DNA from: Patescibacteria group bacterium
Lineage (GTDB): Bacteria; Patescibacteriota; Patescibacteriia; CAIXNZ01
DNA: 64,000 bases
Assembly: GCA_041651155.1 (NCBI GenBank)
Contig: JBAZJU010000001.1
Location: forward strand, 167,619 to 231,618
Direction: 5' to 3'
Position 1 is the stretch's first letter. The number at the start of each line of letters is the position of its first letter. This document shows, piece by piece, positions 1 through 8,917 of the stretch. Both the position numbers and the translations under genes were made by a program. Under the pieces are notes generated by a model. The model was not told the origin of the DNA. It saw only the letters and a list, made by a program, of their open reading frames with translations, and searched no databases.

Positions 1-564
1 GCAATATATTACATTGTAATCAAGACAAAAAATAATTACCCATATTTTAAAGAGAATATTTTTTGCGATTCGTTTATTGAGGATTTGAAAATTTGTAAAT
101 CATTGAAAGGTTTTAAGTTATACGCCTTTTCTATTATTTACGATCATGTGAATTTGATAATTAAACCGAATAATCAATTTAATATTTCCAAGATCATTAA
201 ATCATTGAAAGAAAACGTGTCAAGGAATATAAATATTATAATGGGTTATACGTTTAATCAAAATTCCCCGCTCTTCGTAGGCGAAACGACGTCGTTTCGC
301 CTACGAAGGAAGAGGATGAGACTATTTAATCTATTTAAGGGGAATTTTGATGATTCAAATGAAGGGAAAATAGATATTGCTCATTATAAAAAAGGATTTA
401 TAACGAAATTTGGTGATAAAAATAATTACCCAAAATTCAAATGGCAATTATCATTTTACGACCATTATATCCGTTTTCACGATAATCATTTGAAAAAGCA
501 AGGGGATTGGCCTTCGCCAACCGAAGTTGGCTTCGGCCAACGAAGGTTGGGATTATCATTTTGA
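1..564 (+). CDS. IS200/IS605-family Y1 (HUH) transposase / RAYT-like; 5' end lies off-window; probably degenerate
   Basis: Frame is open from base 1 (AIYYIVIKTKNNYPYF resembles the N-terminal beta-strand YHxVxxxKYR). YDHVNLII is a HuH-like motif with the second His replaced by Asn. WQLSFYDHYIRFHDNH matches the catalytic-Tyr region of IS200 TnpA. The ORF is interrupted in-frame by a 36-bp palindrome and ends in a REP-like palindrome. Confidence 0.5.
   Translation, partial: AIYYIVIKTKNNYPYFKENIFCDSFIEDLKICKSLKGFKLYAFSIIYDHVNLIIKPNNQFNISKIIKSLKENVSRNINIIMGYTFNQNSPLFVGETTSFRLRRKRMRLFNLFKGNFDDSNEGKIDIAHYKKGFITKFGDKNNYPKFKWQLSFYDHYIRFHDNHLKKQGDWPSPTEVGFGQRRLGLSF
273..308. repeat. 36-bp perfect palindrome inside the RAYT-like ORF
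   Basis: cttcgtaggcgaaacgacgtcgtttcgcctacgaag is self-complementary, read directly. Confidence 0.85.
507..550. repeat. REP-like compound palindrome (family B); inverted copy at 26943-26986
   Basis: ttggccttcgccaaccgaagttggcttcggccaacgaaggttgg equals the reverse complement of 26943-26986 with 2-3 mismatches. Confidence 0.75.
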
Positions 565-672
565 ATACACGGTTTATAACCATTTAAAGCACGGTTTGCC
601 GGGAAATTGGCAATATACAAGTTTAAATTATCCGGAGTTAATTGATAATATTGAAATTTAATTTTAAAAATT

Positions 673-945
673 ATGTCTGAAAAAAAATTTGGGGAAACTC
701 CGATAGATGCAAAAAATATCATTGAAGCAATCTTTGCAGAGAAGAAAAAGGAAGGTTTTATTTATGCAACAGACGAAAGTTTGACTGGATTTGTGAAGCA
801 AGATGACGGAACTTTTAAAGAAATGCAAACGCAATCCTTGGAAGACATTAAGGCAAGATATAGAAAAATAGATGGTGTCAAAGATGTGAGCCTGGTGAGA
901 ATTTCTGGAGATAACAATTTAATCTGGGTATTTCTTAAATATTAA
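673..945 (+). CDS. hypothetical protein
   Basis: ORF only; no recognised motif. Confidence 0.3.
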   Translation: MSEKKFGETPIDAKNIIEAIFAEKKKEGFIYATDESLTGFVKQDDGTFKEMQTQSLEDIKARYRKIDGVKDVSLVRISGDNNLIWVFLKY

Positions 946-972
946 TACATTTAACAATTTATCATTAACATT

Positions 973-1389
973 ATGCCCAACGAAGACTGCTTGTTTTGCC
1001 AGATCGTGGCAGGCGAAGTGCCCTCAATCAATGTCGCTGAAAGCGAAAGCTGCATCGCTATCTTGGATACAAATCCAGTCAATCCCGGCCATACGCTGAT
1101 TATTCCCAAAAAACATTCAATAAATATGCTTGATGCAGATGAAGAAACGCTTAAGGACATGATTGTTTTTACCAAGAGAGTTGCGCAGGCTATTTTGAAC
1201 GGACTTGGCTATGATGCTTTTAATTTAGAATTAAATAATGGCCGTATTGCCGGCCAGATTATTCCGCATTTGCACTGGCATATTGTGCCCCGGATTGCAG
1301 AAGACGGGTTAACCCATTGGCCAGGGAAAAAATATAAAGCTGGAGAAGCGGAAGAAATTGCGGAAAAAATTAGGGCGGATCTAAAATAA
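973..1389 (+). CDS. HIT-family (histidine triad) hydrolase
   Basis: HLHWHIVPR histidine-triad motif and a CxxC N-terminus. Confidence 0.85.
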   Translation: MPNEDCLFCQIVAGEVPSINVAESESCIAILDTNPVNPGHTLIIPKKHSINMLDADEETLKDMIVFTKRVAQAILNGLGYDAFNLELNNGRIAGQIIPHLHWHIVPRIAEDGLTHWPGKKYKAGEAEEIAEKIRADLK

Positions 1390-1396
1390 TTTTTTT

Positions 1397-1458
1397 GTAA
1401 GATGATTGTAATACAATTGTAAAACAATTGTATTGCTACTGTCTTACTATTGTTTTAC
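1397..1458. repeat. ~60-bp imperfect dyad element, copy A (copy B at 22403-22463)
   Basis: gtaagat..caattgtattgctactgtcttactattgttttac is shared with 22403-22463. Arms are near-complementary. Confidence 0.7.
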
Positions 1459-1464
1459 ATTTTT

Positions 1465-1869
1465 ATGATAAGAATACCGGAAAAAGAGTTAGAAATAACC
1501 TTTTCCCGTGCAGGGGGAAAAGGGGGACAGAATGTCAACAAAGTTGAGACCAAAGCAACTTTGCGCTGGGATGTTTATAATTCTTTGGTTTTGTCGCCTG
1601 CCCAAAAATACTTGATTTTACACAAATTAGCGAATAAGATAACTGAAAAAGGCGATTTGATTTTATGGTCGCAGGCTGAACGCTCCCAGGCGCAAAATAA
1701 AGAGCAGGTAATTGCCAGATTGAATCACTTGATAAATCAGGCCTTGGTCCCTGAGAAGATGAGGTTTAAAACCAAACCAACGAGAGCGTCAAAAGAAAAA
1801 AGAATTCAAACCAAAAAAAGAGTTTCTGAAAAAAAGAAATTAAGGAAAATAAGAATTAATAGCTATTAG
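1465..1869 (+). CDS. arfB: peptidyl-tRNA hydrolase ArfB (alternative ribosome-rescue factor, RF-1 domain)
   Basis: GGKGGQNVNKVETK GGQ motif; basic C-terminal tail; ATG at 1465. Confidence 0.8.
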   Translation: MIRIPEKELEITFSRAGGKGGQNVNKVETKATLRWDVYNSLVLSPAQKYLILHKLANKITEKGDLILWSQAERSQAQNKEQVIARLNHLINQALVPEKMRFKTKPTRASKEKRIQTKKRVSEKKKLRKIRINSY

Positions 1870-1913
1870 CCAATAAGCCATTGGCCATTAGCTATTGGAT
1901 AATTTATATAATT

Positions 1914-2432
1914 ATGGAAACTTTAGAATGCATAAAAACCAGGAGGTCAAGGCGTAAATTTTTAAAGCAGGAAGTCATAGAGGATTTGATTAATAAAATT
2001 ATTGAGGCTGGCAAGTGTGCGCCGTCTTCTGAAAATTCGCAACCCTGGCAATTTTTCATTGTTAAAAATAAAAGTTTAAAAGATAAATTTGCAGGGACAA
2101 ATTATAAAGAGAATGAAGAGTCAATTTTATCTTGTAATTTTATATTAGTTATCTGCGTTGATAAAGAAAAAACTCCAACGAGATTCGTTGAAGACGGTGT
2201 TTTAGCTGCTGCTAATATGATGATGGCTATCCATGATTTAGGCTTGGGTGCTGTTTATTTATCAGCTTATAAAGCAGATGATCAGACTAAAGAGGAAAAT
2301 GTTAAACGCATATTTAACATCCCAGCGAACCTGATGCCGATTTGTTTGCTTTTAGTAGGTTATTCTGATCCAGATGAAAAATTGGAAACAAAAAAATTGA
2401 GAGATAATAAAGATTTGATTGAATACAGATAA
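1914..2432 (+). CDS. nitroreductase-family protein
   Basis: ECIKTRRSRRKF..SSENSQPWQFFIV are nitroreductase N-terminal motifs. Confidence 0.75.
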   Translation: METLECIKTRRSRRKFLKQEVIEDLINKIIEAGKCAPSSENSQPWQFFIVKNKSLKDKFAGTNYKENEESILSCNFILVICVDKEKTPTRFVEDGVLAAANMMMAIHDLGLGAVYLSAYKADDQTKEENVKRIFNIPANLMPICLLLVGYSDPDEKLETKKLRDNKDLIEYR

Positions 2433-2446
2433 ATTTAAAAATTTTT

Positions 2447-2884
2447 ATGACAGAGAAAAAATATCCTAAAGTGGGCATTGGCGTGATGATCCAAAATGAA
2501 AATGGCCAGGTTCTGCTTGGTTTAAGAAAGGGTTCTCATGGAGAAGGTGAATGGAATTTTCCAGGCGGACATTTGGAATTTGGGGAAACTGTTTTTGAAA
2601 CAGCTGCCAGGGAAACAAAAGAGGAAACCGGTTTAGATGTTGATCCTTTTGCTTTAATTTCTGTGGCTGATGAAATGCGCTATATTGAATCTGATGACAA
2701 ACATTTTTTAAATATAGGTGTCAAGGCAAATTATAAAGGCGGCGATCCAGTTGTAATGGAGCCGAATAAATGCGAAAAATGGCAATGGTTTGATTTAGAC
2801 AATTTGCCTGACAAAATATTAGATGGTACGTCCCAGATTATTCAAAATTTTAAAGCCAAAAGAATTTATAAACCGGCAAGATAA
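2447..2884 (+). CDS. NUDIX hydrolase
   Basis: Nudix box GGHLEFGETVFETAARETKEETGL. Confidence 0.85.
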   Translation: MTEKKYPKVGIGVMIQNENGQVLLGLRKGSHGEGEWNFPGGHLEFGETVFETAARETKEETGLDVDPFALISVADEMRYIESDDKHFLNIGVKANYKGGDPVVMEPNKCEKWQWFDLDNLPDKILDGTSQIIQNFKAKRIYKPAR

Positions 2885-2887
2885 TTT

Positions 2888-3346
2888 ATGATAATTACTA
2901 TCTGTTCCACAATTAAATTCTGGCCCCAGATTTTGGAAGTTAAAAAACAGCTGGAAGATATGGGTCATGAAGTTTTAATCCCGCCTCATGAGGTGAAAAA
3001 TGAAACGGGTGATTTTATTCCCGTTGAAGAATATTATAAAATCCGCAGAGAAATGATGGCTAAAGATGGCCAAGAACACGATTGGATTTGGCAGCGTAAA
3101 AAAGAGGCCATCAATTGTCATTTTGCCAAAGTAGACAAGGCTGACGCTGTTTTAATTTTGAATTATGAGAAAAATGGGATTGACAATTACATCGGCGGCA
3201 ATACTTTTTTAGAAATGGGTTTGGCCTTTTGGCTTAATAAACCAATTTATTTAATCAATCCAATCCCCACGGAATTAAGCTACACCGAAGAAATAAAAGG
3301 CATGCAGCCGATTGTGATTAATGGGGATTTAAATTTGATAAAATAA
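2888..3346 (+). CDS. hypothetical protein (possibly nucleoside 2-deoxyribosyltransferase-like fold)
   Basis: Only a weak resemblance; assignment tentative. Confidence 0.3.
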   Translation: MIITICSTIKFWPQILEVKKQLEDMGHEVLIPPHEVKNETGDFIPVEEYYKIRREMMAKDGQEHDWIWQRKKEAINCHFAKVDKADAVLILNYEKNGIDNYIGGNTFLEMGLAFWLNKPIYLINPIPTELSYTEEIKGMQPIVINGDLNLIK

Positions 3347-3351
3347 TTTAT

Positions 3352-3439
3352 GCCCTGCTTTCCTGTCCGCTCGCCTCGGCGAAGCGGGCCAAAGCTTTTG
3401 CGACGGCGGAAGCAGGCTACTTGCCCACTGAAGTGGGGT
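3352..3439 (+). repeat. partial copy (GC-rich core plus cccact..gtggg hairpin) of the structured repeat family seen at 35401-35665 and 36755-37017
   Basis: Shares ctttcctgtccgctcgcctcggcgaagcgggccaaagc..gcgacggcggaag. Closing helix is cctgctttcc/ggaagcagg, which covaries against the other copies. Confidence 0.7.
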
Positions 3440-3452
3440 GTAAAGATATATT

Positions 3453-4115
3453 ATGATAATTTTAAGGCCATTAATTAATAAGATTGAACTTGAAGCGAAA
3501 AAGTACTTTAATAAAGCCAGCGGCTGTCATGATTGGACTCATGTTGAGCGGGTGAGAAATTTAGCTTTACATATCGGTCAAAAAGAAAAAGCTAATTTGG
3601 GCATAATTGAACTCGCAGCCTTACTCCATGATATTGCCAGGAAAGCTGAAATGGATTCTAAGGGTAAATTATGCCATGCCAAACAGGGCGCAAAATTGGC
3701 CAAAAAGATTTTACAGAAATATAAAATTAATCCAAAAATTATTGAGGCGGTTGTGCATTGTATTGCAACTCATCGTTTTCGCAACAATAACCGACCCAAA
3801 ACAATTGAAGCTAAATGTCTATTTGACGCAGACAAATTAGATTCCATAGGCGCTATAGGAATAGGGAGGACTTTTCTTTTTGCCGGCTATCATAAGGTGG
3901 CGCTTTATACTGGCAAAGAAAAATATTATGCCAAAAAAGGGATTGACCGTTCGTACACTGAAGATGATTCCGGCATTATGGAATATGAATTTAAGCTGAA
4001 AAAAATTAAAAATAAGATATTAACTAAAGCAGGTAAAAAATTTGCCCAAGAACGGCACCAATACATGGTTGAATTTTTTAACCGTTTTTGGCAGGAAGTT
4101 AAAGGTTTGAAGTAA
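3453..4115 (+). CDS. HD-domain phosphohydrolase
   Basis: HDWTHVERV .. LLHDIAR HD motifs. Confidence 0.75.
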   Translation: MIILRPLINKIELEAKKYFNKASGCHDWTHVERVRNLALHIGQKEKANLGIIELAALLHDIARKAEMDSKGKLCHAKQGAKLAKKILQKYKINPKIIEAVVHCIATHRFRNNNRPKTIEAKCLFDADKLDSIGAIGIGRTFLFAGYHKVALYTGKEKYYAKKGIDRSYTEDDSGIMEYEFKLKKIKNKILTKAGKKFAQERHQYMVEFFNRFWQEVKGLK

Positions 4116-4119
4116 AAAT

Positions 4120-5133
4120 ATGAGATTATTAGTCACCGGCGGAGCCGGGTTTATTGGCTCCAATTTTATTCGCTACTGGTTAAATAAATATCCAGAGGAT
4201 TTTATAGTTAATCTGGATAAGCTGACTTATGCCGGCAATTTGGAAAATTTGAAAGATATTGAAAGTAATCCCAATTATAAATTTGTTAAAGGCGATATTG
4301 GGGATTTAGAAAAAAATAAGAAATTACTTAAGGAGGAGAAAATTAATGTGATTGTTAATTTTGCTGCTGAATCGCATAATGGCAGAGCAATGGTTGAACC
4401 AGATATCTTCGTGAAAACCAATGTCTTGGGCACGCAAATGCTATTGGAAGCTGCTAAAGATGCGGGTATTGATCGTTTTCATCATATTTCAACTTGTGAG
4501 GTGTTTGGCGATTTAGCATTAGATGAAAAACGGGCGTTTAAAGAAACTGATCCATATTTGCCCAAAACTCCTTACAATGCTTCTAAAGCCGCAGCTAATC
4601 ACGAAGTTATGGCGTATTATCATACTTTTAAATTGCCCGTGACAATCAGCCATTGTTCAAATAATTATGGTCCATACCAATTCCCGGAAAAAGTTATTCC
4701 ACGATTTATTACCAATGCGTTGCAGGATCAAGAATTGCCTTTATTTAAAAGTAGTTTGAATAAAAGGGAATGGTTGCATGTCTTGGATCACTGTCAGGCT
4801 ATTGATTTAATTATAAAAAAAGGCAAAGTGGGGGAGGCCTATAATATAGGTAGCGGGATTGAAAAAAACATAGAAGAAATAGCAGATGCTGTTTTAAGGC
4901 GTTTAAATAAACCCGAAACTTTGAAAGTTTATGTTGAAGACAGGCCAGGACATGATCGACGTTATTTGCTAGATACCGCGAAAATTCAAGCCGAATTAGG
5001 TTGGCGGTCGGAAATTGAATTTGAAGCAGGTATTGACGAAGTTGTTGATTGGTATGTAAAAAATGAAAAGTGGTGGAGGCCATTACTGGGGAAGGGATTT
5101 GTTGAAAATTATAAAAAACAATACCTTAATTGA
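4120..5133 (+). CDS. rfbB: dTDP-glucose 4,6-dehydratase
   Basis: LVTGGAGFIGSNF Rossmann motif; YxxxK; full-length similarity pattern of RfbB. Confidence 0.9.
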   Translation: MRLLVTGGAGFIGSNFIRYWLNKYPEDFIVNLDKLTYAGNLENLKDIESNPNYKFVKGDIGDLEKNKKLLKEEKINVIVNFAAESHNGRAMVEPDIFVKTNVLGTQMLLEAAKDAGIDRFHHISTCEVFGDLALDEKRAFKETDPYLPKTPYNASKAAANHEVMAYYHTFKLPVTISHCSNNYGPYQFPEKVIPRFITNALQDQELPLFKSSLNKREWLHVLDHCQAIDLIIKKGKVGEAYNIGSGIEKNIEEIADAVLRRLNKPETLKVYVEDRPGHDRRYLLDTAKIQAELGWRSEIEFEAGIDEVVDWYVKNEKWWRPLLGKGFVENYKKQYLN

Positions 5134-5215
5134 TAAATTCCAATAACCAAACACCAAATTCCAAATAAATTTCAAATCACAAATTCTAAATTCTAAACAG
5201 TTTGAAATTTGTAAT

Positions 5216-5707
5216 TTGAATATTGTGGTTTATTTGAGAATTGGGATTTGCGATTTGGTGCTTATAAATATGGTTTTCAAAAAAATAGAACACAAAATAA
5301 GAAGGATAATTAGCCATCGCCATTTTCAGAAATATGAAAAATACATCAGTTTGATTTTTTGGCTGGCGGCTATTTATTATCTCTCAAATAATTCTTTGCA
5401 AGAATTTGTGATTGTGGCTGACTGGTGGGAATTTATCATCCGCAAGCTGGCGCATATGTTTGAGTATGGCGTTTTAACCTATTTAATTTTCAGAATTTTA
5501 AGCCAGACTGAAAAAAGGCATGTGAACTGGAATTTATTCTGGTCTTTTATTTTTACAGTTTTGTATGCGATTTCTGATGAATATCACCAGACCTTTACTC
5601 TTGGCAGAACTGGCGTTTATACTGATGTGCTGATTGATGCTGCTGGCAGTTTAATTGCGATCTGGCTGATTTATTTAAATTACCGAGATAGAAAGAAATT
5701 AAAATAA
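5216..5707 (+). CDS. VanZ-like membrane protein
   Basis: Multi-TM protein with FEYGVLTYL VanZ-like motif. Confidence 0.45.
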   Translation: MNIVVYLRIGICDLVLINMVFKKIEHKIRRIISHRHFQKYEKYISLIFWLAAIYYLSNNSLQEFVIVADWWEFIIRKLAHMFEYGVLTYLIFRILSQTEKRHVNWNLFWSFIFTVLYAISDEYHQTFTLGRTGVYTDVLIDAAGSLIAIWLIYLNYRDRKKLK

Positions 5708-5718
5708 TTTTTCAAAAC

Positions 5719-5751
5719 AAAAAAGGAACCCCGCGTGCGGGATCCTTTTTT
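5719..5751. terminator. bidirectional intrinsic terminator between convergent genes
   Basis: aaaaaaggaaccccgcgtgcgggatcctttttt hairpin, with an A-run before and a T-run after. Confidence 0.6.
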
Positions 5752-5763
5752 GTTTTTATTAAT

Positions 5764-6348
5764 TTAATGTCTTAAAGTTCTTATTGCCTTTTCTAAATTA
5801 TCAGCTTGTTCAATTAAATCTGTAAATTTTTTGATTTCGGCTTGCTTCCTTTGCATTTCCAAACTGTTGCCTTCTTTTTCAGATTCATCTCTGGCCGCAA
5901 TTAATTCGTCTAACCTTGCTCCAAAAAGATTCCTTAATGTTTCAACATCAATTAGTCCTTTGTCGCCCGCTAAATTATGTGAAATATTTTCTATTTTAAG
6001 TTTAGCAAGCATTAGTTCTCCGGCTTCTCTTTGCATGTCTCTATATTCAGCTATATAATTCTTGTCTTTTATCATGCCTTCTTCGCAAAAGCTCATGAAA
6101 CTTTTTAATTTCTCAAGTGAAGAATCTTTCATTTTGTCCCGATACTCTTGAAATTTCATTTTTTTAGAGACATCTTCAGTCGTTTCTGTTTCGCCCATAA
6201 ATCCCTTTGGCTTTTGGCCAGTATATATCTCTTTTTCCGGCTTTGGTTCTTTGCCTTCCATTTCAAAAATAGCCCTCCGGCCTTCCTCTTCAGTTATTAA
6301 GCCTGGTACTTTTTCATGGCCATTTTGTGACATTTCTGGTGAATTCAT
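5764..6348 (-). CDS. hypothetical charged/coiled-coil protein
   Basis: ORF only. Confidence 0.4.
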   Translation of the reverse strand: MNSPEMSQNGHEKVPGLITEEEGRRAIFEMEGKEPKPEKEIYTGQKPKGFMGETETTEDVSKKMKFQEYRDKMKDSSLEKLKSFMSFCEEGMIKDKNYIAEYRDMQREAGELMLAKLKIENISHNLAGDKGLIDVETLRNLFGARLDELIAARDESEKEGNSLEMQRKQAEIKKFTDLIEQADNLEKAIRTLRH

Positions 6349-6468
6349 AAAATTAAATTTTAACTTGTTATGTTTGAATTATAGCATATTTGATCAATTA
6401 AGTCAACTCTTGACATTTTTTATTTTTATTGCTATGATTTAATGTAAATTCAAAAAAGGAGGTGTAAC

Positions 6469-6816
6469 TTGCTTATCTTATCTAATGAGCTAAAAGCAAA
6501 ATTGGGATTTGAAATTTCCGAATTAAACGTTAATTTTGAGCCACAAAAATTTTTAGAACTCTTTCAGACAGTCAAAGAATTATGTGAGAAAGGTCACGTT
6601 GAAGAAGTTGAACAAATGTTACTCCAGGCTTTGGCTGAAGGAGTGGACATAGCCAACGGTTATCTTTATCTCTTGTACTTTAATTTCGGACCGCGTGAAA
6701 AATCAAGGCAATATTTTGACCAAGTAAAGAAAATGTTTCCAGCTGAAGAGTTTTGGTCGGGTTTGGCCAAAGCATCTATCTGGGATGAATTTTCCCAAGC
6801 GGAAAAATGCAATTAG
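6469..6816 (+). CDS. hypothetical protein (TTG start)
   Basis: Shine-Dalgarno aaggagg lies 6 nt upstream of the TTG start. Confidence 0.4.
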   Translation: MLILSNELKAKLGFEISELNVNFEPQKFLELFQTVKELCEKGHVEEVEQMLLQALAEGVDIANGYLYLLYFNFGPREKSRQYFDQVKKMFPAEEFWSGLAKASIWDEFSQAEKCN

Positions 6817-6887
6817 CCAGCCCTTTGTTTGTAAAAATAAAGGGCTTTTTAGTTGATTAAAATTGTAATTTAAGCTAAATTTAAGAT

Positions 6888-7736
6888 ATGAATAAAGACA
6901 CTAAAATTTTAATCTTAGGCGCTCAGGGAATGTTGGGACAAGACTTGTCCAAGGTTTTTTTTGATTTTGATTTAACTTTGTGGGATAGGTCTGAAATTGA
7001 CATAAGCGATGAATATCAAGTCATAAAGAAAATTTCAGACTTAAAGCCTCGGATAATAATTAACTGTGCGGCTTATACTGCTGTTGATGATTGTGAAACT
7101 CATAAAGATCAGGCTTTGCGCATTAATAATCAAGCTGTGAGTTATTTGGCTTTGGCCGCCAAAAACATTGGCGCGATTTTAGTCCAGATTTCCACTGATT
7201 ATGTTTTTGACGGGAAGAATAAAAAAGGGTATTCAGAAGATTCTCAAGAATTTGGGCCGGTAAATTTTTATGGCGAATCAAAATTATTAGGGGAAAAATC
7301 CTTGCAAAATATTGCTGATAAATATTATTTAATCCGGACTTCCTGGCTTTACGGTAAAAACGGCAAGAACTTTGTGGAGACAATGTTACGATTTGGCAAA
7401 GAGAAAAAAGAAATTAAAGTAGTCAATGACCAGTTTGGCAAGCCGACTTATACAGTTGACTTGGCCAGGCAAATTTTATATATTTTAAATAATGCTTTGC
7501 CGTTTGGAATTTATCATGCGACTAATGAGACAAAAGAAGGCGGCATTAGCTGGAATGAATTTGCTCAAAAAATTTTTGAACTCGCAAAATTAGATGTTAA
7601 GATTATCCCTTGTACTAGCCAAGAATTTATCCGGCCAGCCAAACGGCCTCAATATTCAGCCTTGATTAATACTAAACTGCCATTAATGCGCAATTGGGAT
7701 GAGGCGCTTAAGGAATATCTTGATAATAAGTCTTAA
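6888..7736 (+). CDS. rfbD: dTDP-4-dehydrorhamnose reductase
   Basis: ILILGAQGMLGQDL N-terminal Rossmann motif; RmlD-length protein. Confidence 0.85.
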   Translation: MNKDTKILILGAQGMLGQDLSKVFFDFDLTLWDRSEIDISDEYQVIKKISDLKPRIIINCAAYTAVDDCETHKDQALRINNQAVSYLALAAKNIGAILVQISTDYVFDGKNKKGYSEDSQEFGPVNFYGESKLLGEKSLQNIADKYYLIRTSWLYGKNGKNFVETMLRFGKEKKEIKVVNDQFGKPTYTVDLARQILYILNNALPFGIYHATNETKEGGISWNEFAQKIFELAKLDVKIIPCTSQEFIRPAKRPQYSALINTKLPLMRNWDEALKEYLDNKS

Positions 7737-7828
7737 GTTATTAGTCATAAGTGCTGAGTTGAATTACCAATGACCATAGACCAAAGACAAAACTGGCAGC
7801 TCTGATCTAAAACATAAAATTTTATATT

Positions 7829-8602
7829 ATGAAAGGCATTATTTTAGCAGGCGGGACAGGCTCACGCCTTTATCCCTGCACTGCGGTTACTAATAAACAG
7901 CTGCTACCGGTTTTTAATAAACCAGTCATTTATTATCCGTTAAATACTTTAATTAAGGCCGGCATAAAGGATATTATGATAGTTTCCGGTCAAGAACACG
8001 CAGATCAGATTAAAAGATTATTTGAAAATAATGAGCATTTCCCAGGGATAAGTTTTAATTACGCGGTCCAAAAAGAAGCGGGGGGCATTGCCCAGGCATT
8101 GGGATTATGTCGAGATTTTGCCGGTCAGGAAAAAATAGTGGTTATCCTGGGTGATAATATATTTGAGGATGATATTTCAGGCTCAGTGATTGATTTTCAG
8201 AAACAGGCCAAAGGCGCTAAAATTTTTCTAAAAAAAGTTAAAGACCCGGAAAGATTTGGCGTGGCTGCCATTGAAGGGGAGCGCATTATAGAGATTGATG
8301 AAAAACCGGTTTCTCCCAAATCCGATCTGGCAGTGACTGGCTTGTATATGTACGATCCTCAGGTTTGGGAGATGATCTCCAGTTTACAGCCATCTGGCAG
8401 GGGCGAACTGGAAATAACCGATGTAAATAATTATTATGTCAGGCAAGGAACAATGACTTATGAAATTATTAATAATATTTGGACTGATGCCGGAACCTTC
8501 CCTTCTCTTTTAAGAGCAAATTTACGCGCGGCCATGATAGAAGGTTTTGATTTGAAAAGTTTAATTAAAGAAATCTTCGGCGATGAAATTGAATTTAAAT
8601 AG
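7829..8602 (+). CDS. rfbA: glucose-1-phosphate thymidylyltransferase
   Basis: MKGIILAGGTGSRLYP nucleotidyltransferase motif. Confidence 0.8.
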   Translation: MKGIILAGGTGSRLYPCTAVTNKQLLPVFNKPVIYYPLNTLIKAGIKDIMIVSGQEHADQIKRLFENNEHFPGISFNYAVQKEAGGIAQALGLCRDFAGQEKIVVILGDNIFEDDISGSVIDFQKQAKGAKIFLKKVKDPERFGVAAIEGERIIEIDEKPVSPKSDLAVTGLYMYDPQVWEMISSLQPSGRGELEITDVNNYYVRQGTMTYEIINNIWTDAGTFPSLLRANLRAAMIEGFDLKSLIKEIFGDEIEFK

Positions 8603-8622
8603 TTTGCAAATTAACGCATAAA

Positions 8623-8656
8623 AAAAATCCCCCGTTGTTATTGAGGGATTTTTTTG
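8623..8656. terminator. intrinsic terminator
   Basis: aaaaatccc..gggattttttt hairpin followed by a T-run. Confidence 0.55.
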
Positions 8657-8671
8657 TTTTGACATTTTGTG

Positions 8672-8893
8672 TCATTGGCAATTTTTACGCTTTTTGAGAG
8701 ATCTATCAATTACATCTGCCAGGCATGGGATAAGCAAGACGCATATCCAAAAAAGCAGGCCTGGCAAATATTGTATAATAATGCCGTAAATTACAATGCC
8801 AAGAGCTAGAATTATACCGAGTAATGACAAAAAAATAGTTATTTTGACTTGATTTAAGCCAAAAACGATCAAGGACAATTTTTTAATGTTCAT
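8672..8893 (-). CDS. small membrane protein
   Basis: Two hydrophobic helices. Confidence 0.35.
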   Translation of the reverse strand: MNIKKLSLIVFGLNQVKITIFLSLLGIILALGIVIYGIIIQYLPGLLFWICVLLIPCLADVIDRSLKKRKNCQ

Positions 8894-8917
8894 TTTTCCC
8901 TCCTTAGAATGTTTTTT

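Noticed and set aside
3607-3840. Numerous short internal or antisense ORFs (e.g. 3607-3840, 486-722, 951-1175, 4811-5083, 7123-7383, 15029-15250, 31003-31368, 57612-57962)
   Set aside because: Each is fully contained in, or antisense to, a longer ORF with clear homology-type motifs. They are typical six-frame noise in AT-rich DNA.
5576-5640. Hammerhead-type ribozyme signature (CUGAUGA) inside the vanZ-like gene
   Set aside because: No matching GAAAC box or helix II/III partner nearby; this is a chance heptamer.
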